A stretch of DNA of 64,000 bases from an uncultured Acidobacteriota bacterium (GTDB lineage: Bacteria; Acidobacteriota; Polarisedimenticolia; J045): contig CAVPCQ010000006.1 of NCBI GenBank assembly GCA_963702425.1, positions 160,001 to 224,000 on the forward strand, read 5' to 3'. A program made the position numbers and the translations under genes. The notes beneath the pieces are model-generated. The model saw only the letters and a program-made list of their open reading frames with translations, made no database searches and had not been told where the DNA came from. This document shows positions 10,371 to 20,205 of this stretch, in pieces (within the stretch, counting starts at the first letter, position 1; every line of letters begins with the position of its first letter).

Positions 10371-11323
10371 GCCGCTCACAGCGCCCGCTCCGGGCGATCC
10401 TCGCCGTTCTCGTCGGGCTGGTGAGTGGCTTCTCGCTCATCGTAGTGGGTCCCGTGCGTGCTGCCGCGGACGACGACCAGCCGGCTCTTCCACGCGATGG
10501 TGCCGAACTCCTCACGCGGATCTCCGCCGGACCGATCGTCGTCCTGGCGACCGTCATCCGGGTGGAGACCAAGGCGGCATTGACGGTGCGCGAGGTCCTG
10601 CGCGGCGGGAGCCTCCCGCCGACGATCCGCCTCGCTTACCGCGGCAACAACCTGATGCGGCAGCCCGGCAGTGCGCCCTTCGCGACCCGCGACGGCGAGA
10701 CGGCGGTCTTCGTCCTCACCCCGTGGGTCGACTCCCGTGGCCGCCAGCCGAAAGCCGATCTCTTCATGCCGGCCGGCTTCGCGGGGGCCAGGATCCCGCT
10801 GCCTCCCGAGGGCGGGGACGCGCTGCTGGAAGCGGTGCGGGGGATCGTGGTCCACGAGGACGATGTGGAGGCGGGGCAGGAGGCCCGCGTGCTGCGCTGG
10901 ATCAGCGGGCCGAACCCGTGGCTGATCGACGCCGGACTGGTGATCGCGGGCCAGTTGGTCATGGCCGACGAGGACTGGGTCCCGGTGCTGCTCGAGCGGC
11001 TGCGGGACGTCCGGCCGGAGCGGCGCTTGCGGACCGTCGACGTGATGGCCGGGGCGATGGCCCGCGGGCGGATCGGGGACCCCGCCGGCGACCTGGAGAT
11101 CGACGAGCGGGTGGAGGCCTGCCAGGAGGCGATCGTCCGCCTGGCCCGGACCGACCCGGAGTTCGAGATCCGCGCCGCGGCGGTCAAGGGCCTCGCCAAG
11201 GCCGGGATCCCGGGGGCTCGCGAGATCCTGGCGACGATCGCCAAGGACGACCCCAGCCAGGACGTCCGCTACGAAGCCGCTGCGGCGCTGGTGAAGGGGG
11301 TCCGGGGCGATCCGTCCCGTTGA
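10367..11323 (+). CDS. Secreted HEAT-repeat protein (start uncertain)
   Basis: Signal-like N-terminus; C-terminal HEAT/PBS-like motifs (DPEFEIRAAAV, DPSQDVRYEAA). Confidence 0.65.
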   Translation: MSRSQRPLRAILAVLVGLVSGFSLIVVGPVRAAADDDQPALPRDGAELLTRISAGPIVVLATVIRVETKAALTVREVLRGGSLPPTIRLAYRGNNLMRQPGSAPFATRDGETAVFVLTPWVDSRGRQPKADLFMPAGFAGARIPLPPEGGDALLEAVRGIVVHEDDVEAGQEARVLRWISGPNPWLIDAGLVIAGQLVMADEDWVPVLLERLRDVRPERRLRTVDVMAGAMARGRIGDPAGDLEIDERVEACQEAIVRLARTDPEFEIRAAAVKGLAKAGIPGAREILATIAKDDPSQDVRYEAAAALVKGVRGDPSR

Positions 11324-11434
11324 CCCTATTGCCGCGGAAAACCTATATTCGCCGTGACTTCGCGGTTTCTCCCGAGTCGGGCAGAAAGCCCGCTGTGGGG
11401 ACTGCGGCGTGCGCGCGAGCGTGACGGATCGAGC

Positions 11435-12205
11435 ATGGCGACCGATCCCCTGAAGGCTCTGGCCGTGAACTACCTGGCCGGCGAACGCATCGTCGCCGCG
11501 GCCGAGGCGGGGGCTTGCATGTTCCTCGTCCAGTCCGGGAGCGTGCGCCTCTCGCGTCCGGCGAGCGGCGGCAGCGCTCCGGTGGAGATTGCGACGCTCG
11601 AGAAAGGCGACTTCTTCGGGGAACGGACGCTGCTCGAGGGCGGGACCTACGGCGTCAACGCCGAGGCGCTCGACGCCTGCGAGATCATCGAGATCGGCCC
11701 CTCGACCTTCCACCGCCTGCTGCGCGCCCACCCCGAGATCTCGGTCCGTCTGCTGCGCAAGCTCGCGGCCCGGGTCGAGCGCCTCGAGCGCCGCCTGTCG
11801 ACCGAGGGGGGCGAAGAGACGCTGGTGGTCGCGCGGCCAGCGGTGGCCGCTCCGGTCCGGCCACACGCCGCTCCGGCGCGCGGTTCCCGTGCGTCGCTGA
11901 TCGTGGAGGGTGGGGGACCGGTCTTCCCCCTCGTCGGCGAGGAAGTGCTGCTCGGCCGGTACGACCCCGTCACCGAGATCCAGCCGGAAATCGACCTCAC
12001 GGACATCGATACGAAGCGCTCGGTGTCACGTCGTCACGCGCGGATGACGCTGCGCGACGGCGCCTGGTACGTGGCGGAAGAGGTCGGAGCGCTGAACGGG
12101 ACGTTCGTCAACGGGACCCGGCTGCTGCCAGGCCGCGGCGCCCCGCTCTCGCCGGGCGACATCGTCAGCGCCGGCATGGTGCGCCTGGTCTTCCGCCTGG
12201 AATAG
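11435..12205 (+). CDS. cNMP-binding domain + FHA domain protein
   Basis: GDFFGE cNMP fold; LGR..SVSRRHA..LNGTFVNG FHA motifs. Confidence 0.88.
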   Translation: MATDPLKALAVNYLAGERIVAAAEAGACMFLVQSGSVRLSRPASGGSAPVEIATLEKGDFFGERTLLEGGTYGVNAEALDACEIIEIGPSTFHRLLRAHPEISVRLLRKLAARVERLERRLSTEGGEETLVVARPAVAAPVRPHAAPARGSRASLIVEGGGPVFPLVGEEVLLGRYDPVTEIQPEIDLTDIDTKRSVSRRHARMTLRDGAWYVAEEVGALNGTFVNGTRLLPGRGAPLSPGDIVSAGMVRLVFRLE

Positions 12206-12214
12206 AGTAGCGGG

Positions 12215-12742
12215 GTGAAGCAGCTGCTCCTCGCGCTCGCGCTCGTCGCTTCCGGAGCGGTTCCAGCCGACGCCCCGGCCGCGGAGGAGCGTGTCCCTGC
12301 ACAGTTGACGGTCACCGCCGTCCGGGGCGTCCCGGATCTCGAGCGCCTGCTCCTCGAACGCGAGATCCTTCGGCGGGTCGAGGCCCGCAGGTGCGGCCTG
12401 CGCCTGCCACGGCCGGACGAGACCCCGGCGTGGCGGGTCGAGGTCGCGCTGCTCTACTGGCGCGAGAGCGAGAGCCCCGGCGGCGTGCCGGTCTTCGATC
12501 CGAGCCGCGGGACCTATCTTCCCGGCCGGCGGCGGGAGATCGAGACGGTCTACACGCTGCGCGTCTACCGCAGCGAGACGCCCCCGCCGCCCGACTCTCC
12601 GGTCAAGCAGCACACACTGCGGGTCCACGCGGAGAGCAAGCCGAACATCAGCTACGAGCCGCGCGAGCAGGCCTCGCGCATGCTCCGCGAACAGCTGGGC
12701 GAGGAGGTCAGCCGCGGCGTGTGCCGCGCCGTGCGCGACTGA
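12215..12742 (+). CDS. Hypothetical secreted protein
   Basis: Signal peptide-like N-terminus; fills the gap with typical codon usage. Confidence 0.6.
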   Translation: MKQLLLALALVASGAVPADAPAAEERVPAQLTVTAVRGVPDLERLLLEREILRRVEARRCGLRLPRPDETPAWRVEVALLYWRESESPGGVPVFDPSRGTYLPGRRREIETVYTLRVYRSETPPPPDSPVKQHTLRVHAESKPNISYEPREQASRMLREQLGEEVSRGVCRAVRD

Positions 12743-12809
12743 ACCTTGCCGCGCGCGGGCCGCGGGTGCTAGGCTCGCTGGCTTTCTCGCCCCGGAGGGT
12801 CTGCGCACG

Positions 12810-13625
12810 ATGTCCGAGTCGGGGTTCGGCGACGAGTTCCTCGCCAACGGCGAGCCGCCGCCCGTGGTCAACACGGGGCGGGCACCCCTCACCCTGACGC
12901 TGCCGCAGTTCGAGGGGCCGCTCGACCTGCTCCTGCACCTCGTCCGTTCGAACGACATGGAGATCCTCGACATCGCGATCGTCGAGATCGCGCGGCAGTA
13001 CAACTTCTACCTCGACCAGATGCGGGAGCTCGACCTCGAGATCGCCTCCGAGTACCTGCTCATGGCCGCGACGCTCGCGCACATCAAGTCGCGCATGATG
13101 CTCCCGCCCGATCCGAGCGACGAGATCGAGGATCCGCGGGCCGAACTGGTTCGCCAGCTCCTCGACTACGAGCGCTACCGCAAGGCAGCCGAGGGGCTCG
13201 CAGCGCTCGAGAGCGGCCGGGACCTCGTCTTCTCGCGCCCCGGCCCGGCGCCTGCGGACCTGGCCGGCTACGAGACGATCAAGGCCGATCTCGGGGACCT
13301 GGTCAAGGCTTTCGAGCGCGTGCTCCGGCACCTCGAGATCGAGGAGCGGGTCGAGGTCATCCGGCGCGAAGACGTCAAGATCCAGGACATGATGCAGCGT
13401 CTGCTCGACGCGGTGGAGTCCGGCCGGTCGCTGTCGTTCCGCGAACTGCTGCTGGCCTGCCGCACGCGCCTCGAACGCGTGGTCCTCTTTCTCGCGCTGC
13501 TCGAGCTGATCCGCCTCGGGGCGATCGATGCCTGGCAGAGTGCGGCGCGGGAAGACATCACGCTCGAAGGGCGGGCGGGCGTTGCCATCGATCTGGCAGC
13601 GGAGGAGTCCGAGAGTGAGCACTGA
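12810..13625 (+). CDS. scpA: Segregation and condensation protein A
   Basis: FEGPLDLLLHL, IKSRMMLP and FLALLEL motifs. Confidence 0.95.
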   Translation: MSESGFGDEFLANGEPPPVVNTGRAPLTLTLPQFEGPLDLLLHLVRSNDMEILDIAIVEIARQYNFYLDQMRELDLEIASEYLLMAATLAHIKSRMMLPPDPSDEIEDPRAELVRQLLDYERYRKAAEGLAALESGRDLVFSRPGPAPADLAGYETIKADLGDLVKAFERVLRHLEIEERVEVIRREDVKIQDMMQRLLDAVESGRSLSFRELLLACRTRLERVVLFLALLELIRLGAIDAWQSAAREDITLEGRAGVAIDLAAEESESEH

Positions 13626-14334
13626 TCGCGCGACCCCGGGGTCGGAGTCAGAGCCCGAGCAGGAGGCCGAGGGCCTCCGCGTCCTGGCCGTGCTGGAAGC
13701 GATGCTCTTCGCCTCGCCGGAGCCGCTCAGCCCCGAGGAGATCCAGGCCGGTCTGCCGCAGATGCCGCGCGAGGAGATCGAACGCGGACTGGACGCCCTG
13801 GCGCGCGCGCTGGGGCACCCGGACCGCGGATTCCGGCTGGAACGCGTGGCGGGCGGCTTCCGGCTCGTGACCCGGCCCGACCTGGCGGAGCCGCTGCGGG
13901 CGCTCTTTCGCTTCCGCAACCAGCGCCGGCTCACTCCGGCTTCGCTCGACGTGCTGGCGATCATCGCCTACGCCCAGCCGATCACCGCTCCCGAGATCCA
14001 GGACATCCGCGGGACCGACCCGGCCCACTCGGTGCGGGTGCTGCTCGACCGCAAGTTGATCCGGATCGTCGGCCGCAAACGGGTGGTCGGTCGCCCGATC
14101 CTGTACGGCACGACGCGCGAGTTCCTGATCCACTTCGGGCTCGACAGCCTGGAGGACCTCCCGCCGGTCGAGGGGTATGGAACGCGCGTCGTCCCCGCGC
14201 AGGGTCGGCTCTTCCCGGTCACCGCGTTTCCGGCCGACGAGTTCGACCCCGAAGTGGGCCCGGAGATCGAGTTGTTCGAGGGGGAAGGGAACGGGTCGAG
14301 CGGTGCCGGAGAGGCCGCTCGGGGAGACGCCTGA
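13615..14334 (+). CDS. scpB: Segregation and condensation protein B
   Basis: EAMLFAS, IAYAQPIT, GRPILYGTT..FL..FGL; GTG start at 13615. Confidence 0.95.
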   Translation: MSTDRATPGSESEPEQEAEGLRVLAVLEAMLFASPEPLSPEEIQAGLPQMPREEIERGLDALARALGHPDRGFRLERVAGGFRLVTRPDLAEPLRALFRFRNQRRLTPASLDVLAIIAYAQPITAPEIQDIRGTDPAHSVRVLLDRKLIRIVGRKRVVGRPILYGTTREFLIHFGLDSLEDLPPVEGYGTRVVPAQGRLFPVTAFPADEFDPEVGPEIELFEGEGNGSSGAGEAARGDA

Positions 14335-14335
14335 G

Positions 14336-15196
14336 ATGCCGGAAGAGCGGTTGCAGAAGATCCTCGCCCGCGCCGGCATCGCGTCGCGGCGCGCGGCCGA
14401 GCAGTTGATGCGCGAGGGGCGGGTAACGGTCAACGGAAGCGTGGCCGACCGCCTCGGAATGCACGCCGACCCCGAGCGTGACCACATCAAGGTCGACGGA
14501 CGACGGCTGCGCCCGGCCAGTCCGGTGCGGCACTATCTCCTGGCGTTCAAGCCGCGCGAGATGATCACCTCGCTGTCCGATCCGGAGGGGCGCACCACGG
14601 TGGCCGATCTGCTCTCCGCCCACCGCGTGCGGGCCCGGGTCTTCCCGGTCGGGCGGCTCGACTGGGACGCCGATGGCCTGCTCCTCCTGACCGACGACGG
14701 CGACCTCGCCCACCGCGTGATGCATCCGCGGAGCCACCTGGCGAAGAGCTACCGCGTCAAAGTCCGGGGCCTGCCGGACGACCGGGCGATGGACCGAGTC
14801 CGGCGCGGGGTCGTCATCGACCGCGGGATCCGGACCCTGCCCGCCGAGGTCGCGATCGAGGAGGAGGGGGAGAACGCGAGCTGGCTCAAGGTGGTCCTGA
14901 CCGAAGGGCGCCAGAACCAGATCAAGCTGATGTTCGCCCGGGTCGGCCACCCGGTGCAGCGGATCCGGCGGACGGCGATCGGACCGCTCCGCCTCGGCCG
15001 GATGAAGGTCGGGGAGTTGCGCCAGCTCGCACCGGGCGAGTTGGACGCCCTGCGGCGCGCCCTCGACGCGGCGGAATCCCGGCCGGCCGGGGGCCGGGGG
15101 AGGGGCGCCGAGCCCCCCCGACCGGTTCGGGCCCCGGCCGGGCCCCGAACCGGGCCGGCCCGCGGGCGGCGAAGCGCCGGAAAAAGAACCACTTGA
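14336..15196 (+). CDS. rluB: rRNA pseudouridine synthase (RluB/RsuA family)
   Basis: S4 domain ERLQKILA..ASRR, VGRLD and EGRQNQI; follows scpAB. Confidence 0.85.
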   Translation: MPEERLQKILARAGIASRRAAEQLMREGRVTVNGSVADRLGMHADPERDHIKVDGRRLRPASPVRHYLLAFKPREMITSLSDPEGRTTVADLLSAHRVRARVFPVGRLDWDADGLLLLTDDGDLAHRVMHPRSHLAKSYRVKVRGLPDDRAMDRVRRGVVIDRGIRTLPAEVAIEEEGENASWLKVVLTEGRQNQIKLMFARVGHPVQRIRRTAIGPLRLGRMKVGELRQLAPGELDALRRALDAAESRPAGGRGRGAEPPRPVRAPAGPRTGPARGRRSAGKRTT

Positions 15197-15221
15197 CCGG
15201 CCTGCAGAGCACTCCTAACAT
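15193..15221 (+). promoter_or_regulatory. Putative sigma70 promoter of rpsA
   Basis: TTGACC-N17-TAACAT. Confidence 0.6.
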
Positions 15222-15349
15222 GCGCGGTTCGCGGGTGTGCCATGGAATCGCTCGCTGAAGCCTCGACGAGGTGATGGGGGGGTGCGCCCCCCCGGACGGG
15301 TGGTCCGGCCAATCCAAGACCCGCAGTAGTTCGGAGGTAGCGCCTAGTC

Positions 15350-17152
15350 ATGGAGATCCAGACCGGTTCAGCGCAGCAGCAGCCAGTCAGTGTGCCCGAC
15401 GCGGAGCTCGACTTCGCCGCACTCCTCGACGCCTACAGCCCCTCGGCCGAGGTCCGCGAGGGAGCCGTCGTTCACGGCCGCATCGTCAAGGTGCTGGCCG
15501 AGATCGTCCTGATCGACATCGGCTACAAGAAGGAAGGCTCGATCGCGAAGAGCGAGTTCGTCGCAGCCGATGAGGCCGCGAAGCTCTTCGTCGGGAACAC
15601 CATCGAGGCGGTCATCGAGTCGCTCGACGAGGCGGACGACTACATCCATCTGTCGAAGGACAAGGCCGAACGCCTGAAGGTCTGGGAGAAGATCGAGAAC
15701 GCGTATCGCACGGGCGAGACCGTCGTCGGCCGGGTGATGGACCGCATCAAGGGCGGCCTTTCGATCGATATCGGCGTCCGCGCGTTCCTGCCTGGCTCGC
15801 TGGTCGACGTCCGGCCGGCCCGCAACCTCGAGAGCTACAAGGACCAGGATGTCCGGGTCCGCGTGATCAAGATGAACCGCCGGCGCGGCAACATCGTGGT
15901 CTCGCGCAAGCACGTGCTCGAGGAGGAGAACGCCGAGAAGAAGAAGGTCACGCTCGAGACAATCGAGGAAGGCCAGCGGATCCGCGGCACGGTGAAGAAC
16001 ATCACCGAGTACGGGGCATTCGTCGATCTCGGCGGAATCGACGGCCTGCTGCACGTGACCGACATGTCGTACCGCCGGGTGAATCACCCCTCCGAGGTGG
16101 TCAACATCGGCGACGAGGTCGACGTCACGGTGCTCAAGTTCGACCGCGACAAGGAGCGCGTCAGCCTCGGCATGAAGCAGCTCCAGACCGATCCGTGGGA
16201 GAACGCGGCCGAGAAGTACCCGATCCTCTCGCGCGTGCGCGGCAAGGTCGTCAGCCTCACCGACTACGGCGCCTTCGTCGAGCTGGAGGAGGGGATCGAG
16301 GGGCTGATCCACGTTTCCGAGATGTCCTGGACCAAGCGGATCAAGCACCCGTCGAAGATGCTCAACCCCGCCGACATGATCGAAGCCGTGGTACTCGAGG
16401 TCGACGAGGAGAACCGCCGGCTCTCCCTGGGCCTGAAGCAGACGACCCCGAACCCGTGGTCGGTGATCCAGGAGAAGTACCGCGTCGGCGACATCATCAA
16501 GGGCGTGGTCCGCAACATTGCTGACTTCGGCGCATTCATCGAGGTCGAGGAAGGGGTGGACGGCCTGGTCCACATCTCCGACCTGACCTGGAACCGCCGC
16601 GTCAAGCACCCGGCGGAGATCCTGAAGAAGGGACAGGAAGTCGAGGCCAAGATCCTGAAGATCGACACCGAGAACCAGCGGCTGTCGCTCTCGGTCAAGG
16701 ACCTGATGCCGGACGTCTGGCAGGAGTTCTCGCGCCGCTACCGCGTGGGCGACATCCTCGAGGGCAAGATCGTGCGGCTCGCCGACTTCGGCGCATTCGT
16801 CGAGCTGTCGGAGGGGGTCGAGGGCCTGGTCCACATCTCAGAGATGGCTCACGAACGGCTCGAGAAGCCCGGAGACAAGTTCCAGCCGGGGCAGTCGGTG
16901 CGGGTCAAGATCCTGCGCGTCGACCCTGAGGAGCGGAAGATCGGCCTCTCGGTCAAGGCGGCCCAGGACGAACTCGGCTCGGGCGACCTCAAACAGTACC
17001 AGAGCGCTCGCCAGGAAGAGGCGTCGCGCTCCTCGATCACGCTCGGCGACGTGGCCGGCGACCTGTCCGCGCTGCGCGAGCGCGCGGCCCAGCGCCAGGC
17101 CGACGGCGAGCCGGCAGGCGAGCCGGGCGACGAGAAGGGCTCGGAGGGCTGA
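15350..17152 (+). CDS. rpsA: 30S ribosomal protein S1
   Basis: Six S1 repeats (YGAFVDLGG.DGLLHV and related). Confidence 0.97.
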   Translation: MEIQTGSAQQQPVSVPDAELDFAALLDAYSPSAEVREGAVVHGRIVKVLAEIVLIDIGYKKEGSIAKSEFVAADEAAKLFVGNTIEAVIESLDEADDYIHLSKDKAERLKVWEKIENAYRTGETVVGRVMDRIKGGLSIDIGVRAFLPGSLVDVRPARNLESYKDQDVRVRVIKMNRRRGNIVVSRKHVLEEENAEKKKVTLETIEEGQRIRGTVKNITEYGAFVDLGGIDGLLHVTDMSYRRVNHPSEVVNIGDEVDVTVLKFDRDKERVSLGMKQLQTDPWENAAEKYPILSRVRGKVVSLTDYGAFVELEEGIEGLIHVSEMSWTKRIKHPSKMLNPADMIEAVVLEVDEENRRLSLGLKQTTPNPWSVIQEKYRVGDIIKGVVRNIADFGAFIEVEEGVDGLVHISDLTWNRRVKHPAEILKKGQEVEAKILKIDTENQRLSLSVKDLMPDVWQEFSRRYRVGDILEGKIVRLADFGAFVELSEGVEGLVHISEMAHERLEKPGDKFQPGQSVRVKILRVDPEERKIGLSVKAAQDELGSGDLKQYQSARQEEASRSSITLGDVAGDLSALRERAAQRQADGEPAGEPGDEKGSEG

Positions 17153-17544
17153 TGACCCGGGCCGAGCTCGTCGAGAGGCTGGCGGAGTCCGTCAACCGCT
17201 GGATGCTCGAGGAGAAGCAGCGCCGGGAAGGCATGGCCGGAGAGGCGAACGAGCTCGGACCGCGCGAGAAATTCACCCAGTCCGAGGCCGAGGTCGTGGT
17301 CAACACGGTGGTGGAGTCGATCATCGAAGCCCTGCGGCGTAGCGAGAAGATCGAGCTGCGGGGCTTCGGCTCCTTCCGCCTGCGAACGCGACGCCCGCGG
17401 CAGGGCCGGAACCCGAAGACGGGCACGAAGGTCGAGGTACCCGGGAAATCCGTGCCCTACTTCAAGCCGGGCAAGGAACTCCGCGAGCTGCTCAACCCGG
17501 CGGGCGCGGCGAACGGGCCGGACGACGAACCAGCCCGGGATTGA
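17152..17544 (+). CDS. ihfB: IHF beta/HU-family protein with insertion
   Basis: IELRGFGSF, GRNPKTG and VPYFKPGKELRE; directly after rpsA as in the canonical rpsA-ihfB order. Confidence 0.8.
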   Translation: MTRAELVERLAESVNRWMLEEKQRREGMAGEANELGPREKFTQSEAEVVVNTVVESIIEALRRSEKIELRGFGSFRLRTRRPRQGRNPKTGTKVEVPGKSVPYFKPGKELRELLNPAGAANGPDDEPARD

Positions 17545-17545
17545 C

Positions 17546-18076
17546 GTGGACCACGTCTTCGCGCCCTGGCGCCGCGCGTGGGTCACGTCGGCCGCCGCGA
17601 CCGCGGTCGGAACGCCGATGCCGTGCCTTTTTTGCCGGGTCTGGGACGAGTCCGAGCGAGACGAGGAGAACCTCGTCGTCACGCGCGGCGAGCGGTGCCT
17701 CGTCATGCTCAACCGCTACCCCTACACCGGCGGCCACCTGCTCGTCGCGCCCCGCGAGCACGCGGCGTCGGTTTCGGCACTCGATCCCGACACCCTGGCG
17801 GAACTGATGCAGGCTTCCGCGCGCGCTGTGGCGGTGCTGGAGCGGGTGTTCGGCGCGCACGGGTTCAACCTCGGGATCAACCAGGGCCGCCCGGCCGGCG
17901 CGGGGATTCCCGACCACATCCACCTGCACGTGGTGCCCCGCTGGTCCGGCGATACGAACTTCATGACCACCGTCGGCGAGACGCGCGTCGTCTCCGAGGA
18001 CCTCGCGACGGCACGACGGGCGATCCGCGACGGATTCGATACCCTCGCGTCGCGTGCCGGAGACGGCCCTCGATGA
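17546..18076 (+). CDS. HIT-family hydrolase
   Basis: CLFC, NRYPY..GH and HIHLHVVPRW motifs. Confidence 0.92.
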   Translation: MDHVFAPWRRAWVTSAAATAVGTPMPCLFCRVWDESERDEENLVVTRGERCLVMLNRYPYTGGHLLVAPREHAASVSALDPDTLAELMQASARAVAVLERVFGAHGFNLGINQGRPAGAGIPDHIHLHVVPRWSGDTNFMTTVGETRVVSEDLATARRAIRDGFDTLASRAGDGPR

Positions 18077-19422
18077 GTCGTCTCTATTGGATCGAGACCT
18101 GGGGCTGCCAGATGAACGAGCACGACTCGGAGAAGCTCGCCGGGACCCTCGAGGGGCTCGGGTACGAGCCGGCTCCCAGCCTCGGCGCCTCGGACATCGT
18201 GCTCCTGAACACCTGCGCGATCCGCGAGAAGGCGGAAGAAAAGGTCTACAACCTGCTGGGGCAGCTCGCGCCGCTCAAGGCGAAGCGCCCCGGAATGGTC
18301 GTCGGGGTCTGCGGCTGCGTGGCCCAGATGACGGGGGAGGGGGTCCGCGAGCGCGCACCGCTCGTCGATCTCGTCTTCGGCCCGCGCGCCGCAAGCCGGC
18401 TTCCGGAACTGCTCGCGCGCCTCGAGGAAGAGAAGGGCGTCGTCGACACGACGCTCTACCAGGACAGTCTCGTCGAGGCGGCCAGGGCGGTGCGCGAGAC
18501 CCAGCGCGCCAAGGCCTGGGTCACCGTGATGGAGGGCTGCAACAAGACCTGCACCTACTGCGTGGTCCCGGCGACGCGGGGTCGTGAAACCAGCCGACGC
18601 CTCGCGGAACTGCTTGCCGAGGCCCGCGAACTGGCGGGGGCCGGATTCCTCGAAGTCGAGTTTCTCGGCCAGAACGTGAACGCTTACCGTTGCCCGGAGA
18701 CGAAGGCGGGACTTTCCGACCTGCTTCGCGCTGCGGGTCGCGTACCGGGGCTGCGGCGCCTGCGGTTCACGACCTCGCACCCGCTTCATCTGCGGAGCGA
18801 CATCATCCGCGCGATGGCGGAGGTCCCGGGCGTCTGCGATCACCTGCACCTGCCGGTCCAGAGCGGATCGTCGCGGGTCCTGCTCGCGATGCGCCGCGGC
18901 TACGACCGCGAGAAGTACCTCGCCAAGGTCGACGAATTGCGGCGCGAGGTCCCCGGGATCTCGCTCTCCACCGACGTGATCGTCGGCTTCCCCGGCGAAA
19001 CGGAAGACGACTTTCAGGAGACGCTGACCCTCGTCCGCGAGGTGCGGTTCGACCAGATGTTCTCGTTCGTCTTTTCCGCGCGTCCGGGAACGGTGGCCGG
19101 ATTGCTCGCCGATCGAACGCCCGGCGAGCGCAAGATCGAGCGCCTGATGGAGCTCCAGGCCCTGCAGAAAGCGATCCAGCTGGAGTCCAACGCGCGGTTC
19201 GTCGGCCGCGTCGAGGAGGTCCTGGTCGAGTCCCCAAGCCGTCGCGCCGCCCACGAGTGGGCCGGGCGCACGACGAGCAATCGCGTGGTCAACTTCGACG
19301 CACCGGGTGCCCGACCCGGGGAGTTCGTGCGAGTCCGGATCACGGCCTCGGGGGCCAACAGCCTGCGCGGCGTTCCGCTCGACGGCGCTGCCGAAGGGCC
19401 CTCGGTGGCCCTCGTGGGGTAG
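18073..19422 (+). CDS. miaB: tRNA-i(6)A37 methylthiotransferase
   Basis: TWGCQMNEHDSE, CNKTCTYC radical SAM motif and TRAM domain. Confidence 0.95.
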   Translation: MSRLYWIETWGCQMNEHDSEKLAGTLEGLGYEPAPSLGASDIVLLNTCAIREKAEEKVYNLLGQLAPLKAKRPGMVVGVCGCVAQMTGEGVRERAPLVDLVFGPRAASRLPELLARLEEEKGVVDTTLYQDSLVEAARAVRETQRAKAWVTVMEGCNKTCTYCVVPATRGRETSRRLAELLAEARELAGAGFLEVEFLGQNVNAYRCPETKAGLSDLLRAAGRVPGLRRLRFTTSHPLHLRSDIIRAMAEVPGVCDHLHLPVQSGSSRVLLAMRRGYDREKYLAKVDELRREVPGISLSTDVIVGFPGETEDDFQETLTLVREVRFDQMFSFVFSARPGTVAGLLADRTPGERKIERLMELQALQKAIQLESNARFVGRVEEVLVESPSRRAAHEWAGRTTSNRVVNFDAPGARPGEFVRVRITASGANSLRGVPLDGAAEGPSVALVG

Positions 19423-19448
19423 CCTCCCGGCCGTTCGAGGCCGTTGTC

Positions 19449-19477
19449 TTGACTTGACTTCGGGCGGTCAGTATTGT
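19449..19477 (+). promoter_or_regulatory. Putative sigma70 promoter
   Basis: TTGACT-N17-TATTGT upstream of the DUF151 gene. Confidence 0.5.
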
Positions 19478-19524
19478 CGCACTTGGGTCGACGGAACGGA
19501 TCGTTCCTCGGGAGGCGGTGCGCC

Positions 19525-20010
19525 ATGCCGGTCGAAATGCGGATCCAGGGCCTCATGCTCGACCCCATCACGCAGGGTCCGCTCATCGTGCTGCGCGACC
19601 CCCGGACGGATGCCAAGCTCCCGATCTGGGTCGGCGCGTTCGAGGCCAACGCGATCGCCACCGAGATGGAGCGGATTCGCATGCCGCGGCCGTCGACGCA
19701 CGATCTCCTGCGCGACGTGATCCAGGAACTCGGTGCGCGGCTGACGAAGGTGGTCGTCACGGACCTGCAGGACAACGTGTTCTTCGCGAGCCTCTTCCTC
19801 GAGACCGCGACAGGGCCGAAGCAGATCGATGCGCGTCCCTCCGACGCGATCGCGCTCGCGCTGCGTTGGGACGCTCCGATCTTCGCGACGCCGGAAGTCA
19901 TCCAGGCGGCCCAGGACATCGACCTCACGCAGGGGTACAAGGACACCGAGCGCTTCCGGCAGTGGCTCGAGAGCCTGGACGAAAGCGACCTCGGCAAGTA
20001 TGAGATCTAG
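19525..20010 (+). CDS. Bifunctional nuclease family protein (DUF151)
   Basis: LPIWVG.FEA.AI, RPSTHDL and DARPSDAIALA motifs. Confidence 0.92.
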   Translation: MPVEMRIQGLMLDPITQGPLIVLRDPRTDAKLPIWVGAFEANAIATEMERIRMPRPSTHDLLRDVIQELGARLTKVVVTDLQDNVFFASLFLETATGPKQIDARPSDAIALALRWDAPIFATPEVIQAAQDIDLTQGYKDTERFRQWLESLDESDLGKYEI

Positions 20011-20049
20011 GCGTCTGCCTGCTTCGTCGCGCGTCTCGCTGCACTGTCG

Positions 20050-20078
20050 TTGATTCGCCCCCTCAACTCGCCTACGAT
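20050..20078 (+). promoter_or_regulatory. Putative sigma70 promoter of parAB
   Basis: TTGATT-N17-TACGAT. Confidence 0.55.
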
Positions 20079-20205
20079 AGCCGCAACGCGGGGCTGTTTC
20101 GCTTTTTATTCGCTTCGGGGCTCCTTGAGAACAACATGACCGCGTTCAACTTCTCCGGTTACGCCCGTTCCGGGCCGACCGGATCACCTCCATGGGTGCC
20201 GCGGA

